Source: Candidatus Acidiferrales bacterium
Lineage (GTDB): Bacteria; Desulfobacterota; Binatia; UBA9968
Direction: 5' to 3'
NCBI GenBank assembly: GCA_035559995.1
Contig: DATMAM010000017.1
Span: forward strand, 13,889-77,888
DNA: 64,000 bases
The notes under the pieces were generated by a model, which did no database searches, was not told the DNA's origin, and saw nothing but the letters and a program-made list of their open reading frames with translations. A program made the translations under genes and the position numbers. Position 1 is the first letter of the stretch. The number at the start of each line of letters is the position of its first letter. This document shows, in pieces, positions 48,760 to 59,682 of the stretch.

Positions 48760-49988
48760 TTTAAGCCTCTCGCTTGCGCCACTCCCGACGGCTTGGCCGC
48801 AAGGCCTTTTTCGCCGCTGGCGGCCCGCAGCGCCTCGTCGACCGAAGCAAAGGGTAGCGGGTTTTGCTCGGGCTCGACCTCCGGCGGCGCTTCCTGGCGA
48901 ACGATCCGCCCGTCGGCAAAGTGATAGCGCGCGTCGAGTTTCCCGTTCGCGTTTCGATCTTCGTCCTGGCGGACTTTCTTGCCGTTCTCGTAGTACACCC
49001 AAACGTCAACCCGCCGGTCGTTGTTTGTGTCGGCCTCTTGCAGGACGACCTGTTCTCCCTGATACCACATGCGGAGATCCAGAAAGCCGTCGCCGGTAGA
49101 GTCCCGCTCCTCGTAAATGAGCTTGCCGTCCCGAAAGACAAAGACGGTGTCTATCCTCCCATTTCCCCCGGAGTCTTTCAAGCGGCGCACCAACTGCCCG
49201 CGAGCATAAAACTCGAAAAGGTCCATGCGCCCGCGCGCGCGCGTGTCCTCTTCCATCCGGACGAGCTGCTCGCCTTCAAAATAAAGCACGCGATCGACCT
49301 TGCCGTCGCCGTTTCGGTCTTCTTCCTGGCGGACGAGCCGGCCGCCCGCGTAATATCCCCACAGGTTGACCTTTCCCGACTTCTTCTGATCCACCTCCTT
49401 GCGCACCAGCTCGCCGCCTTGAAAATAAGAGTAGCTGTCCATCCGGCCGTCGCCGTCCGTGTCCTCGTCGATGCGGCCGATCTGCGCGTCGGCGAACCAC
49501 ACGACCCGATCCACCCGACCGTCGAAGTTGGCGTCCTCCTCGGCGCGCACCGGCTGGTTGTTTTCGTGAAAGACCCACGCATCGGGTTTGCCATCGCGAT
49601 TGTTGTCGATCTCCTTTCGCTCGAGCTCCCCGCGCGCATTGTAGAACTGAACGAGGTCCACGACGCCGTCGCGGCGCGAGGAAATTTCCTGTCGGCGAAG
49701 CTGGCCGTTTTCGTACACGCTCGTCACGTCGACCTTGCCATCGAAGTTTTCATCCTGCTCGATCTTTTGGATGTTTCCGCCCGGATCATAGAAAATGGTC
49801 CGGTCCATCTTGCCATCGCCGTTGGTGTCTCGCTCTTGGCGCACGACATTGCCGTTTTGGTCGTAAAAAAAGCGCGCCGCAACCTGCGCGCGCGCCCGGG
49901 GCTGAAGCAGAAGGAGGATGACGGTTCCGGCCAGGAAGAGCGTGAGGGTTTTTGCAAGAGATCCTGCGGGTCGCGCTCGGGGAGACAA
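48756..49988 (-). CDS. Secreted protein made almost entirely of about 14 tandem 24-aa repeats, consensus YYxNGxLVRxExDxNGDGKVDxxx (paralogue A)
   Basis: Signal peptide ...LAKTLTLFLAGTVILLLLQPRARAQ. Likely TTG start at 49988. The track ORF begins at GTG 50126. Repeats run to the C-terminus. Confidence 0.65.
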   Translation of the reverse strand: MSPRARPAGSLAKTLTLFLAGTVILLLLQPRARAQVAARFFYDQNGNVVRQERDTNGDGKMDRTIFYDPGGNIQKIEQDENFDGKVDVTSVYENGQLRRQEISSRRDGVVDLVQFYNARGELERKEIDNNRDGKPDAWVFHENNQPVRAEEDANFDGRVDRVVWFADAQIGRIDEDTDGDGRMDSYSYFQGGELVRKEVDQKKSGKVNLWGYYAGGRLVRQEEDRNGDGKVDRVLYFEGEQLVRMEEDTRARGRMDLFEFYARGQLVRRLKDSGGNGRIDTVFVFRDGKLIYEERDSTGDGFLDLRMWYQGEQVVLQEADTNNDRRVDVWVYYENGKKVRQDEDRNANGKLDARYHFADGRIVRQEAPPEVEPEQNPLPFASVDEALRAASGEKGLAAKPSGVAQARGLK

Positions 49989-50140
49989 GGCGCTTTGCGG
50001 GACGCTCGAACGTTCGGCGCCGCGGGCCGCTGACGCGGAAGAGAGCGGGCGAAAAGATCGACGAGGCCGCGTGCTGCACTCCTGCTCGGGCACGGTCAGT
50101 CCCCCACGAAGCGCTTCTCGCCGCACGCGGTGAAGATCGC

Positions 50141-50578
50141 TCAGGAAGATGCGGGCGACGCCTTTTCGTCGGCCTTGGGTGACGCTCTGCGGGCGCTTTT
50201 TGGAGTCGTTTCAGCTTCGCCGGCGCGGCCGATCAGCTCGACCACGCACAGCGGCGCGTGATCGCCGCGGCGCCAACCGACCTTGACCGTCCGCGTGTAG
50301 CCGCCAGCGCGCCCTTGGAACCGCGGCGCGATCGTTTCGAAGAGTTTTCGCACGACGGCTCGCTCGCGAATGATCCGCGCCGCGCGCCGGCGCGCGTTGA
50401 GGGTTCCTTCTTTGCCGAGCGAGATCACCTGATCGGCCCAGGCGCGCAGCAGCTTCGCCTTCGCGTCGGTCGTTTGAATGCGCTCGTTCTTGAGGAGCGC
50501 GGTCACCAGGTTGCGCATCAAGGCCGCTCGATGCGCACCGCTGCGGTTCAACTTCTTGCCTGCCTTTAAGTGGCGCAT
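50141..50578 (-). CDS. rplQ: 50S ribosomal protein L17
   Basis: [37 protein letters not shown] is the L17 signature. Last gene of the alpha operon. Confidence 0.95.
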   Translation of the reverse strand: MRHLKAGKKLNRSGAHRAALMRNLVTALLKNERIQTTDAKAKLLRAWADQVISLGKEGTLNARRRAARIIRERAVVRKLFETIAPRFQGRAGGYTRTVKVGWRRGDHAPLCVVELIGRAGEAETTPKSARRASPKADEKASPASS

Positions 50579-50621
50579 GGTCCGCCTCAGCGCGGCGCGC
50601 GCGCGGAACTCGCCGCGCGCC

Positions 50622-51656
50622 TCATACCGTCTCCTTTTCTCGCGCCCGGCGGCGATTGTCGAGTTCTTCGCGCGACGGGAAATGGTCGATCTTCATGCCG
50701 AGCTCAAGCCCCATCTCGCGCAGAATTTCCTTGATCTCGTTCAGCGACTTGCGCCCGAAATTCTTCGTCCGCAGCATCTCCTGCTCGGTCTTCTGCACCA
50801 GCTCGCCGATGTACTTGATATCGGCGTTTTGCAGGCAGTTCTGCGAGCGCACGGAGAATTCCAGCTCATCGACGCTGCGGAACAGATTCTCGTTCAGCGG
50901 CGGCTTCGCGGCGTCTTGATCCGTATCGCTTTTCGGCGGCTCCTCGACGAAGTTGATGAAGATGCTCAGCTGGTCCTGCAGAATTTTGGCCGCGTACGCG
51001 ACGGCGTCGTCGGGCTTGACGCTGCCGTCGGTCCAGACCTCCAAAACCAGCCGATCGTAATCGGTGCGCTGCCCCACGCGCGCGTTGGTGACGGCGAAAT
51101 TCACCTTGCGCACGGGCGAAAACACCGCGTCGAGAAAGATCGTGTCGACCGGCTGCTCTTCTTGTTTGTTGCGCTCGGCGGGAACGTAGCCGCGGCCGAT
51201 CTTCGCCACCATCTCCGCCACCAATTCGCCCTCGCGCGCCAGCGTCGCGATGTGCTGCTCCGGGTTGAGAATCTCCACGTTGGCGCTCGCCAGGATGTCG
51301 CCCGCCTGGACGACCTTCGGGCCCTTGGCTTCGATCTTCAACGTCTCCTGTTCGACGCCGTGCAACCGCAGCCGGACCTCCTTGAGGTTGAGCAGGATGT
51401 CGGTCACGTCCTCGGTGATTCCGGGCAAGGTCGAGAACTCGTGCAGCACGCCCTTCAAGCGGACCGATACGATCGCCGCTCCCATCAGCGAGGAGAGCAA
51501 CGTGCGGCGCAACGAATTCCCGATCGTTTGGCCGAATCCTCGCTCCAGGGGCTCGCAGGAAAATTTCCCGTACTGGGCGGTCAGGCTCTTCTCGTCGACT
51601 TCGAGCCTTTTGGGCTTGATGAGGTCCGTCCAATTTTTTTGCGCGATATCTCCCAC
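50622..51656 (-). CDS. rpoA: DNA-directed RNA polymerase subunit alpha
   Basis: 344 aa. N-terminal dimerisation domain ([17 protein letters not shown]) and C-terminal alphaCTD. Confidence 0.97.
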   Translation of the reverse strand: MGDIAQKNWTDLIKPKRLEVDEKSLTAQYGKFSCEPLERGFGQTIGNSLRRTLLSSLMGAAIVSVRLKGVLHEFSTLPGITEDVTDILLNLKEVRLRLHGVEQETLKIEAKGPKVVQAGDILASANVEILNPEQHIATLAREGELVAEMVAKIGRGYVPAERNKQEEQPVDTIFLDAVFSPVRKVNFAVTNARVGQRTDYDRLVLEVWTDGSVKPDDAVAYAAKILQDQLSIFINFVEEPPKSDTDQDAAKPPLNENLFRSVDELEFSVRSQNCLQNADIKYIGELVQKTEQEMLRTKNFGRKSLNEIKEILREMGLELGMKIDHFPSREELDNRRRAREKETV

Positions 51657-51675
51657 AGGTCCTCTCCCGTAATGG

Positions 51676-52302
51676 TTACTTTGAGTACAGCTCCACGATC
51701 AGCTTCTCGTTAATGCTGGTCGTGATGTCGGCGCGGGTCGGCAGCGTCTTGATTTTGCCGCTGAAGTTTTCGCGATCGATCTCGACCCAATCCGGCATCC
51801 CGCGCCGCTGCGACTCCTCGAGAGCGGCCAGTACGCTCGCCAGCTGGCGGCTCTGCGGGCTGATCGAGACCGTGTCGCCCGCGCGCACCGTGTACGACGG
51901 AATCGTCACCCTGCGACCGTTGAGAAAAACGTGCCCTTGCGTGACCAGCATGCGCGCCTCCGCCCGCGAGCGCGCGAAGCCCAGGCGATAGCAGACGTTG
52001 TCGAGCCGCCGCTCGAGCAAGACCAGCAGCGCCTCGCCGGTAATCCCCTTGGCCTTTTCCGCCCGCGCGAAGGTTCGCCGGAACTGGTTTTCGAGCAGGC
52101 CGTACATGCGTTTGACCTTTTGCTTTTCGCGCAGTTGCACGCTGTATTCCGAGAACTTGGGCCGCGCTTGACCGTGCTGGCCCGGCGGATAGTTCCGCCG
52201 CTCGATCGCGCACTTGTCCGTGTAGCAGCGATCCCCCTTGAGAAAAAGCTTCATGTTCTCGCGCCGGCATAACCGACAGACCGGCCCCGTGTACCTAGCC
52301 AA
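51676..52302 (-). CDS. rpsD: 30S ribosomal protein S4
   Basis: [15 protein letters not shown]... contains the S4 zinc-ribbon-like N-terminus and S4 domain. Confidence 0.95.
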   Translation of the reverse strand: MARYTGPVCRLCRRENMKLFLKGDRCYTDKCAIERRNYPPGQHGQARPKFSEYSVQLREKQKVKRMYGLLENQFRRTFARAEKAKGITGEALLVLLERRLDNVCYRLGFARSRAEARMLVTQGHVFLNGRRVTIPSYTVRAGDTVSISPQSRQLASVLAALEESQRRGMPDWVEIDRENFSGKIKTLPTRADITTSINEKLIVELYSK

Positions 52303-52312
52303 TGCTTCCTCC

Positions 52313-52747
52313 TTAGACCCGCCTTCGCTTCGGCGGCCGGCAGCCGTTGTGCGGGATGGGAGTCACGTCTTTGATCAGGCTGATGTGAAAGCCGGCCGCC
52401 TGCAGCGCTCTTAACGCCGATTCCCTTCCAGGCCCCGGCCCCTTGACAAAAACCTGAACCGAACGAACCCCGTGCTCCATCGCCTTGCGCGCGGCGCTTT
52501 CCGCCGCCTGCTGGCCCGCAAACGGCGTGCCTTTGCGCGAGCCTTTGAAGCCCATCGAGCCTGCGCTCGACCACGCGACCACGTTTCCCTGGTAGTCGGT
52601 GATCGTCACGATCGTATTGTTGAAGGTCGAGTGGATTCGCGCCACGCCCTCCGAGATGTTTTTCCGCCCTCGGCGCCGCCGCGTTGTCTTTTCCGCCGGC
52701 TTTTCTTCGGCCGCCTTGGGCGCCTGTTTCTGCTCATCTTTGGCCAT
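52313..52747 (-). CDS. rpsK: 30S ribosomal protein S11
   Basis: [18 protein letters not shown]...GSRKGTPFA is the S11 signature. Confidence 0.95.
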   Translation of the reverse strand: MAKDEQKQAPKAAEEKPAEKTTRRRRGRKNISEGVARIHSTFNNTIVTITDYQGNVVAWSSAGSMGFKGSRKGTPFAGQQAAESAARKAMEHGVRSVQVFVKGPGPGRESALRALQAAGFHISLIKDVTPIPHNGCRPPKRRRV

Positions 52748-52809
52748 AAAAGCTCCGCAACGGTATTGCTAAAACCCCTGCCACGCCTTCTCGCGCAAAA
52801 AAACGTCGG

Positions 52810-53193
52810 CTATCCCTTGGACGGCGGCGGTTTCTTCCCCGCCACGGTTTTGCGCGGACCCTTGCGCGTGCGCGCGTTGGTGTGCGTCCGCTGGCCGCGC
52901 ACCGGGAGACCTTTGCGATGCCGCAGGCCTCGATAGGAGCCCATGTCGATGTGCCGCTTGATGTTCGCCGCGACTTCCCTCCTGAGATCGCCTTCCACCT
53001 TGTAGCCCTGTTCCAGGACCTGGCGGATGCGCACGACCTCGTCATCCGAGAGATCGTCGGTCTTGGTGTCGAACGACACCCCCGCGGACTGCAGGATTTT
53101 TTTCGCAGCCGTCCGGCCAATACCGTAGATGTAGGTCAACGCGACTTCCATCCGCTTGTTCTTGGGGAGATCGACTCCCGCGATCCGTGCCAT
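52810..53193 (-). CDS. rpsM: 30S ribosomal protein S13
   Basis: [26 protein letters not shown] is the S13 N-terminus. Confidence 0.95.
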   Translation of the reverse strand: MARIAGVDLPKNKRMEVALTYIYGIGRTAAKKILQSAGVSFDTKTDDLSDDEVVRIRQVLEQGYKVEGDLRREVAANIKRHIDMGSYRGLRHRKGLPVRGQRTHTNARTRKGPRKTVAGKKPPPSKG

Positions 53194-53209
53194 CGTCGCT
53201 CCTTGCGGC

Positions 53210-53323
53210 TTACCCTTGGCGCTGCTTGTGGCGCCGATTGACGCACAACACGCGCACGACGCCTTTGCGCCGAATCACCTTACATTTGCTGCAAATTTTT
53301 TTGACCGATGCCCTGACTTTCAC
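53210..53323 (-). CDS. rpmJ: 50S ribosomal protein L36
   Basis: My own translation (below the track size cutoff) gives [37 protein letters not shown] from a GTG start. Lies between infA and rpsM as expected. Confidence 0.9.
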   Translation of the reverse strand: MKVRASVKKICSKCKVIRRKGVVRVLCVNRRHKQRQG

Positions 53324-53335
53324 GCCCGCTCCTCG

Positions 53336-53554
53336 TCATTTCTCGCGGTAGATGATGCGCCCGCGCGCGAGATCGTACGGCGAAAGCTCCACGCGCACTT
53401 TGTCGCCGGGGAGGATCTTGATGTAATGCATGCGCATCTTTCCCGAGATATGCGCGAGAACGCGATGCCCGTTGTCCAGCTCGACCCGAAACATCGCGTT
53501 GGGCAACGTCTCCAACACCGTCCCGGTGACCTCGATGGCTCCTTCTTTCGGCAT
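53336..53554 (-). CDS. infA: Translation initiation factor IF-1
   Basis: 72 aa. [30 protein letters not shown] is the IF-1 S1-like fold. Confidence 0.95.
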   Translation of the reverse strand: MPKEGAIEVTGTVLETLPNAMFRVELDNGHRVLAHISGKMRMHYIKILPGDKVRVELSPYDLARGRIIYREK

Positions 53555-53576
53555 GTTCGCTCCGCCGCGCTCGACG

Positions 53577-54335
53577 CTAGATCTTGCTCAAAATATAAGG
53601 CCCGTCCTTCGTGACCGCCACCGAATGCTCGAAGTGGGCCGCCAGGCTTTGATCGCGCGTCACGGCCGTCCAACCGTCCTCTTTGACCTCGACCTCGGGC
53701 CTCCCGGCCGTAACCATCGGCTCGATCGCCAGCACCATCCCCGCGCGCAAGCGCGGCCCGAGGTACGGCTCGCCGTAGTTGGGCACCGGCGGCTCCTCGT
53801 GCAGGTTCTTGCCGATGCCGTGGCCCACGAATTCGCGCACCACGGAAAAACCCGAGCCCTCGACGAACTTTTGGATCGCCGAGGAGACCTCGCCCAACCG
53901 CTTTCCGTCGCCTATCTGCTCGATCCCGCGGTAGAGCGATTGCTCGGTCACCTCCATCAACCGTTGGGCTTGCGGGCTAACCGGACCGACGGCGACCGTC
54001 AGCGCCGCATCGCCGTAAAACCCTTCATAGACCACGCCGAAGTCGATCCCGATGATGTCGCCCGGCTTGAGCGCACGTTCCGAAGGCATGCCGTGGACGA
54101 CTTCCTCGTTGACCGAGGTGCACAGGCTGTAGGGGTAAACCCGGCCCGCGACTACGTAGCCCTTGAACGCGGGGCGCGCCTTTTTGCGATGCGCGAGCTC
54201 CTCCGCGAGCGCATCGAGCTCGAGCGTGGTGACTCCGGGAGCGATTTTCTCTTTCAGTTCCGCCAGGATTTCCGCCACGATCATGTTCGCTCGGCGCATG
54301 ATCTCGATTTCGCGCTGCGATTTAAGAACGATCAT
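53577..54335 (-). CDS. map: Methionine aminopeptidase type I
   Basis: Start taken at [16 protein letters not shown] (ATG 54335, 14-nt overlap with the adk end). Metal ligands are in conserved context. The track ORF has a spurious 43-aa extension. Confidence 0.9.
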   Translation of the reverse strand: MIVLKSQREIEIMRRANMIVAEILAELKEKIAPGVTTLELDALAEELAHRKKARPAFKGYVVAGRVYPYSLCTSVNEEVVHGMPSERALKPGDIIGIDFGVVYEGFYGDAALTVAVGPVSPQAQRLMEVTEQSLYRGIEQIGDGKRLGEVSSAIQKFVEGSGFSVVREFVGHGIGKNLHEEPPVPNYGEPYLGPRLRAGMVLAIEPMVTAGRPEVEVKEDGWTAVTRDQSLAAHFEHSVAVTKDGPYILSKI

Positions 54336-54981
54336 CGCCCAGTCCCAACGCGTCCACCACCCGCCCGCGCACCGCCTCCACGCTTCCCGCGCCATCCACT
54401 TCGGCGAGGAGGCCCTGCCTTCGGTAGCACTGAATGAGCGGCGCCGTTTCTCGCTCGTAAACATCCAGACGCGCGGCGATGGTCTCCTCGCGGTCGTCGT
54501 CGCGCTGATAAAGCTCCCCGCCGCAGCGGTCGCACACTCCGGCTGCCCGCGGTGGCCTGAATCTCACGTGGTAGAGGCTGCCGCAGCGACGGCATTGCCG
54601 CCGTCCCGACAACCTCTCGATGATCAACGATCGGGGAACCGAGATCAGCACGACCCGATCCAGCGGTTGCCCGAGCGCTTCGGTCAGCCGCCGCAGCCCC
54701 TCGGCCTGGACAGAGGTGCGCGGGAAGCCGTCGAGCACAAATCCCGCGCGGCAGTCCGCTTCGGTCAAACGCTCGCGGATCAGGTCCAGCATGACATCGT
54801 CGGGGACGAGCTTCCCCTTGGACATGTAGGCCGACGCCTTTTGCCCGAGCGGCGACTGCTCGCGCACTGCGGCGCGCAGAATGTCGCCGGTCGAGATCTG
54901 CGCAAAGCCATAGCGCTCCTGCAGATATTTCGCGTGCGTTCCTTTGCCAGCCCCGGGGGCCCCCAACAGTACGACGCGCAC
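54322..54981 (-). CDS. adk: Adenylate kinase (with zinc-binding lid CxxC...CxxC)
   Basis: Start taken at GTG 54981 with GGGGGA upstream (MRVVLLGAPGAGKGT). Lid CRRCGSLYHV...CDRCGGEL. Confidence 0.9.
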   Translation of the reverse strand: MRVVLLGAPGAGKGTHAKYLQERYGFAQISTGDILRAAVREQSPLGQKASAYMSKGKLVPDDVMLDLIRERLTEADCRAGFVLDGFPRTSVQAEGLRRLTEALGQPLDRVVLISVPRSLIIERLSGRRQCRRCGSLYHVRFRPPRAAGVCDRCGGELYQRDDDREETIAARLDVYERETAPLIQCYRRQGLLAEVDGAGSVEAVRGRVVDALGLGDDRS

Positions 54982-55001
54982 GGAATCCCCCGAGCGAAGC
55001 T

Positions 55002-56312
55002 TCAACCTCGCCTGCCACGCAGCCGGCCCCGCTTCATAAAGCCTTCATAGTTGCGCGTGATCATATGGGTTTCGATCTGCGCGATGGTGTCAAGGGCGAC
55101 GCCGACGACGATCAAAAGCGCCGTGCCGCCAAAAAAGAACGGCAGATTAAACTGGCTGATAAGAATCGTCGGCAAAAGCGCCACCACCGAGAGGTAGATC
55201 GCGCCTCCGAGCGTGATGCGTGCGAGAACTCGATCGATGAATTCCGCCGTCCTCTGTCCCGGCCGGATTCCGGGAATGTAACCGCCAAACTTTTTCATGT
55301 TTTCCGCCACGTCTACCGGATTGAACACAACTGCGGTATAAAAATAGCAGAAGAAGATGATCAACCCCACATAGACGACATCGTGCAGCCATTGCCCCGG
55401 AGCTAAATAGGCGGCCGCGCTCTGCACCCAGGGATACGGCAAAAATTGCGCCGCGGTGGCGGGGAAAATCAGCACCGAAGAGGCAAAGATGGGTGGGATC
55501 ACCCCGGAGGTGTTGATCTTCAGCGGCAGATGGCTGCTCTGGCCGCCGTAGAGCTTGCGCCCGACGACCCGCTTCGCGTACTGCACCGGGATGCGCCGCT
55601 GCCCTCGCTCCATGAAAATGATGGCTCCCACCGTCACCACGATCAACACGCTCACAAACAGGACCAACAAAATGCTCAGTTCACCCTCTTGCACAAAACG
55701 GTAGGTTTCCGTCACCGCCGAAGGTGCGCGCGCCACGATGCCGGCAAAAATAATAAGCGAGATGCCGTTGCCGATGCCGCGTTCGGTAATCTGCTCTCCC
55801 AGCCACATGATAAAGGCCGTCCCCGCCGTGAGCGTCAGCACCGTCATGATGCGGAATCTCCATCCCGGCTCCATCACCACGGAGTTACCCGTCGGATCGT
55901 ACGTGCGCTCCAGACCGTAAGCGATCATCAAGCCTTGAATGATCGAGAGCACAATGGTGCCGTAGCGCGTGTACTGCGTGATCTTTCGCCGCCCGACTTC
56001 GCCTTCCTTGGACAACCGTTCAAGATACGGGAAAACGACCGTCAGCAGCTGCAGAATGATCGAAGCGCTGATGTACGGCATGATCCCTAAAGAGAAAACC
56101 GAAAACTGCTCCAGCGCGCCGCCGGAAAACAGGTTGAACAAACCGAAGATCGTGTCTTTAACCCGATCAAAAAACTCCGCCAGCGCCTGGCGGTCGATGC
56201 CGGGCGTCGGGATGGCCACCCCGATGCGGTAAACGGCCAACATCGCGAAGGTAAAAAGCAGCCTTCGCCTGAGCTCGGGGATTCGCGTTGCGTTTTGAAA
56301 CCCTTCAAGCAC
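55002..56312 (-). CDS. secY: Protein translocase subunit SecY
   Basis: 436 aa and 10 TM helices. Conserved in the spc operon between rplO and adk. Confidence 0.95.
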   Translation of the reverse strand: MLEGFQNATRIPELRRRLLFTFAMLAVYRIGVAIPTPGIDRQALAEFFDRVKDTIFGLFNLFSGGALEQFSVFSLGIMPYISASIILQLLTVVFPYLERLSKEGEVGRRKITQYTRYGTIVLSIIQGLMIAYGLERTYDPTGNSVVMEPGWRFRIMTVLTLTAGTAFIMWLGEQITERGIGNGISLIIFAGIVARAPSAVTETYRFVQEGELSILLVLFVSVLIVVTVGAIIFMERGQRRIPVQYAKRVVGRKLYGGQSSHLPLKINTSGVIPPIFASSVLIFPATAAQFLPYPWVQSAAAYLAPGQWLHDVVYVGLIIFFCYFYTAVVFNPVDVAENMKKFGGYIPGIRPGQRTAEFIDRVLARITLGGAIYLSVVALLPTILISQFNLPFFFGGTALLIVVGVALDTIAQIETHMITRNYEGFMKRGRLRGRRG

Positions 56313-56754
56313 GGGCGATGACCTCCGCCGTGCCGCCGAGCGATATGATCTTCTCGCGCGCCTTCGCCGAAAAAGCGTGCGCTTTCACGGTTAGCGGCTT
56401 CGTGAGCGTGCCGTCCGCCAAAACTTTGATCGGGCGATTTTTCTTTCTCACCAACCCGCGTTCGACCAAAAGCTCCGGCGTGACCTCGGTGCCCGGCGCA
56501 AAAATCTCAAGCTGCCCGAGGTTCACCCACGCGCGCGGTTGCGCGCAGGGATTGTGAAATCCGCGCTTCGGGAGCCGCCGCGCCAACGGCATCTGCCCGC
56601 CTTCGAACCCCGGCCGCGTGCCGCCCCCGGCGCGCGCGCCGCTCCCTTTGTGCCCCCGCCCCGAGGTCTTTCCGTGGCCGGAACCGTCGCCGCGGCCGAC
56701 GCGCTTTCTCTTCTTGCTCGCGCCCGGCGGCGCTTTTAGGTTGCTTAAGTCCAT
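56305..56754 (-). CDS. rplO: 50S ribosomal protein L15
   Basis: Gly/Arg-rich N-terminus ([20 protein letters not shown]) typical of L15. Confidence 0.93.
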   Translation of the reverse strand: MDLSNLKAPPGASKKRKRVGRGDGSGHGKTSGRGHKGSGARAGGGTRPGFEGGQMPLARRLPKRGFHNPCAQPRAWVNLGQLEIFAPGTEVTPELLVERGLVRKKNRPIKVLADGTLTKPLTVKAHAFSAKAREKIISLGGTAEVIARA

Positions 56755-56764
56755 CCGGCCTCCG

Positions 56765-57280
56765 TCAGCGGATCTCCGCCAGCGACTTGCCCCTGAGGCT
56801 GGCGATCTCTTCGGGCGCGCGCAATTTTTTTAGCGCGGCAAAACTTGCCTTGACCATATTGTGCGGGTTGTTGGAGCCGATGCACTTGGTCAGCACGTTC
56901 TGAATGCCCGAGGCTTCCACCACCGCGCGCACACCCGCGCCCGCGATGACGCCGGTCCCTTCCGAGGCCGGCTTCAAAATGACGTAACCGGCGCCGTAGC
57001 GCCCGTCGACCTCGTACGGGATCGTTCCCCCTTGCGTGGGGACGCGGATCAAATTTTTCTTTGCCTGCTCGACGCCTTTGCGAATCGCCTCCGGGACCTC
57101 GTTGGCCTTTCCGAGCCCGTAGCCGACGACGGACTTGGAATCGCCCACGACAACGAGCGCGTTGAAGCTGAAGCGCCGGCCGCCCTTCACCACCTTGGCG
57201 ACGCGGCTGATGTTGACCACCCTCTCTTTGAGCTCCAGACCTTGCGGATCGATTCTCTCCAAGACCGCTCCTCGCTTCAA
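56765..57280 (-). CDS. rpsE: 30S ribosomal protein S5
   Basis: [26 protein letters not shown]...[14 protein letters not shown] is the S5 signature. No rpmD (L30) gene lies between rpsE and rplO. Confidence 0.95.
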   Translation of the reverse strand: MKRGAVLERIDPQGLELKERVVNISRVAKVVKGGRRFSFNALVVVGDSKSVVGYGLGKANEVPEAIRKGVEQAKKNLIRVPTQGGTIPYEVDGRYGAGYVILKPASEGTGVIAGAGVRAVVEASGIQNVLTKCIGSNNPHNMVKASFAALKKLRAPEEIASLRGKSLAEIR

Positions 57281-57636
57281 AAACTCAGACCGCCCTGGCG
57301 CGCCGCCTCGGCGAGCGCCTTGACCCTGCCGTGGTAGAGAAACCCGTTACGATCAAAGACGACCTGGGTGATATTTTTTTCCTTGCAGATCCGCGCCAGC
57401 AACGCTCCCACCGCCCTTGCGGTCTCGGTCTTTTTGGCCTTGACCGCTTTGATTTCCGGCGTCAGGCTGGACGCGGCCGCGAGCGTTATGCCGCGCTCGT
57501 CCGAGATGACCTGCGCGTAGATGTGCTTTAAGCTGCGAAACACGCACAGCCGCGGGCGCGCGTCGGTCCCCCACACCTTCTTGCGCACGCGCCTCTTGCG
57601 CCTCAGCCGACCTACCGCTCGCTGATTGCTCAACAT
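57277..57636 (-). CDS. rplR: 50S ribosomal protein L18
   Basis: 119 aa. [17 protein letters not shown]...[21 protein letters not shown]. Confidence 0.93.
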   Translation of the reverse strand: MLSNQRAVGRLRRKRRVRKKVWGTDARPRLCVFRSLKHIYAQVISDERGITLAAASSLTPEIKAVKAKKTETARAVGALLARICKEKNITQVVFDRNGFLYHGRVKALAEAARQGGLSF

Positions 57637-57638
57637 GC

Positions 57639-58190
57639 CTAGCGCCCTCCGGCACCGCCGACCGCCTTACCGGCTTTGCGCTGGATCACTTCTTCTTGGT
57701 ATTTGATCCCCTTTCCCTTGTAGGGCTCTGGCGGCCTAAGCGCGCGGATGCGCGCCGCGGTCTCGCCCAAAAGCTGCCGATCGGCGCCGCGCAGCGTGAT
57801 TATGGTTTGCCGCTCGACGGTCGCGGTGATCCCCGCCGGCAGCGGAAAAACGACGGGACGGGAATAGCCGAGCGCCAACTGGAGCGCGCCCTCTTTGACC
57901 TCGGCCCGATAGCCGACGCCGTTGATTTCGAGAACGCGCGCAAACCCCTGGCTCACGCCCTGAATCATGTTGGCGAGCAGCTTGCGCGTAAGGCCGTGAA
58001 GCGCGCGCGTCCGCCTCTCGTCGTTGGCGCGCGTGACCACGAGCCGCGAATCCTCCAATCTGACTTCGATGCCGTCCGGCACCGCCTCCGACAGCTTTCC
58101 CACCGACCCTTCCGCGCGCACGACGTTGTTCTCGCACGTGACCTTTACTCCTGGCGGAATCGGCACCGGCAATTTTCCAATACGCGACAT
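57639..58190 (-). CDS. rplF: 50S ribosomal protein L6
   Basis: [17 protein letters not shown]... with two L6 alpha-beta domains. Confidence 0.95.
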   Translation of the reverse strand: MSRIGKLPVPIPPGVKVTCENNVVRAEGSVGKLSEAVPDGIEVRLEDSRLVVTRANDERRTRALHGLTRKLLANMIQGVSQGFARVLEINGVGYRAEVKEGALQLALGYSRPVVFPLPAGITATVERQTIITLRGADRQLLGETAARIRALRPPEPYKGKGIKYQEEVIQRKAGKAVGGAGGR

Positions 58191-58201
58191 AGGAGATCTT
58201 C

Positions 58202-58603
58202 TTACCAGACCGAGCAGAGGAGCTCGCCGCCCACCTTCGCTCGGCGCGCCTCCCGATCCACGACCACGCCCTTCGGCGTGGAAAGAAGGCTGATCCCCAA
58301 GCCCCTGCGGATGAGCGGGATTTCCCGGTAGCCGACGTAAACCCTCAGTCCCGGCCGGCTCACCCGCCGCAACCCGGAGATCACGGAATTTTTTTCCCGG
58401 TCGTATTTGAGCTGGATCCGCAACAGGTCTTTTCCGCCTTTGCGGGCTTTCACCTTGCGCGCTTCCTTTAAATAGCCCTCCTCCACCAAAAGATGCGCGA
58501 TCCGCTCCTTCATCCGCGAAAAGGGCACGTCGACCGAATCGTGGCGCGCCTGCGCGGCGTTGCGAATGCGCGTCAGCATATCGGCGATCGGATCCGTCAT
58601 CAT
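58202..58603 (-). CDS. rpsH: 30S ribosomal protein S8
   Basis: MTDPIADMLTRIRNA is the S8 N-terminus. Confidence 0.95.
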   Translation of the reverse strand: MMTDPIADMLTRIRNAAQARHDSVDVPFSRMKERIAHLLVEEGYLKEARKVKARKGGKDLLRIQLKYDREKNSVISGLRRVSRPGLRVYVGYREIPLIRRGLGISLLSTPKGVVVDREARRAKVGGELLCSVW

Positions 58604-58616
58604 CTTCCGCCTCTCC

Positions 58617-58802
58617 TTACCAGCTCGCCTTGATCAGCCCCGGAATCTGCCCCTTGCGCGCCAGGTCCCTCAGGCAAATGCGACACATGCGAAAGCGGCG
58701 ATAAAAGGCGCGTGGCCGCCCGCACAGCGGGCAGCGATTGTACTGCCGGACCTTGAACTTCGCGGGTCGTTCCGCTTTGACTCTTAAACACTTCTTGGCC
58801 AC
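58617..58802 (-). CDS. rpsN: 30S ribosomal protein S14 type Z (zinc-binding)
   Basis: 61 aa. [20 protein letters not shown] is the Cx2C-N12-Cx2C zinc ribbon. Confidence 0.93.
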   Translation of the reverse strand: MAKKCLRVKAERPAKFKVRQYNRCPLCGRPRAFYRRFRMCRICLRDLARKGQIPGLIKASW

Positions 58803-58814
58803 CCCGACCCCCTG

Positions 58815-59354
58815 TCAGCTCGCAAAAGGCATTCCGAGATACTTGAGCAACGCTTTTCCCTCCGCGTCGGTCTTCGCGGTCGTGACGATCGCGACGCTGA
58901 GACCGTGAATCTTTTCCACCTTGTCAGACCGAATCTCGGGAAAAATGATCTGCTCGCGAATCCCCAGCGAATAGTTTCCCCTGCCGTCGAAAGAGCGATC
59001 GGAAACCCCTTTGAAATCGCGCACGCGCGGCAGCGCGACGTGGATCAAGCGCTCCAGAAATTCGTACATGCGGTCGCGTCGGAGCGTCACCATGCAGCCG
59101 ATCGCCGCGCCCTCGCGCAGCTTAAAGTTCGCGATCGCTTTTTTGGCGCGCGTGATGACGGGCTTTTGCCCGGTGATGGCGGCCACCTCGGCCGCCGCGG
59201 CGTCCAGCGCCTTGACGTTCTGCAGCGCTTCGCCGAGGCCGACATTGAGCGTAATCTTCTCCAGCCGCGGCACCTGCATCGGGTTCTTGTAGCCGAACTC
59301 GCGCATCATCGCCGGCACGACCTCTTCGAGATACTTCTGCTTCAGTCGAACCAC
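58815..59354 (-). CDS. rplE: 50S ribosomal protein L5
   Basis: Start taken at GTG 59354 ([14 protein letters not shown]) with GGAGGA 3-4 nt upstream and just after the rplX stop. The track ORF carries a spurious 33-aa extension. Confidence 0.93.
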   Translation of the reverse strand: MVRLKQKYLEEVVPAMMREFGYKNPMQVPRLEKITLNVGLGEALQNVKALDAAAAEVAAITGQKPVITRAKKAIANFKLREGAAIGCMVTLRRDRMYEFLERLIHVALPRVRDFKGVSDRSFDGRGNYSLGIREQIIFPEIRSDKVEKIHGLSVAIVTTAKTDAEGKALLKYLGMPFAS

Positions 59355-59362
59355 CCGTCCTC

Positions 59363-59680
59363 CTAGTCGAGAACCTCGCCGCACCGGCGGCAGACCCGCG
59401 CCTTGGAGCCGTCCTGGAGACGCCTGTGCCCGACCCGCACCGGCGCGTTGCACTTGTCACACATGAGCATGAGATTCGACACGTGAATCGGCGCCTCTTT
59501 TTCGAGAATGCCGCCGGGCTGCTGCGGCCCGCGCGGCCGGGCGTGGCGCTTGACGATATTGACGCGCTCGACCAGCACGCGCCGCTCTTCCGGCATCACC
59601 TTCAGGACCTTGCCCGTCTTGCCCCGCTCTCGGCCCGCGATGACCATCACGCTATCGTTCTTGCGCACATGGAGGGCCAT
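59363..59680 (-). CDS. rplX: 50S ribosomal protein L24
   Basis: KOW motif ([24 protein letters not shown]) and an unusual C-terminal Cys cluster (CDKCN...CRRCG). Confidence 0.93.
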   Translation of the reverse strand: MALHVRKNDSVMVIAGRERGKTGKVLKVMPEERRVLVERVNIVKRHARPRGPQQPGGILEKEAPIHVSNLMLMCDKCNAPVRVGHRRLQDGSKARVCRRCGEVLD

Positions 59681-59682
59681 GG

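Noticed and set aside
47674-50033. Plus-strand ORFs (186, 188 and 389 aa) opposite the repeat-protein genes
   Set aside because: The minus-strand products show a period-24 amino-acid repeat with conserved residues, which is strong coding evidence. The plus-strand products are Asp/Val/Arg-rich mirror images.
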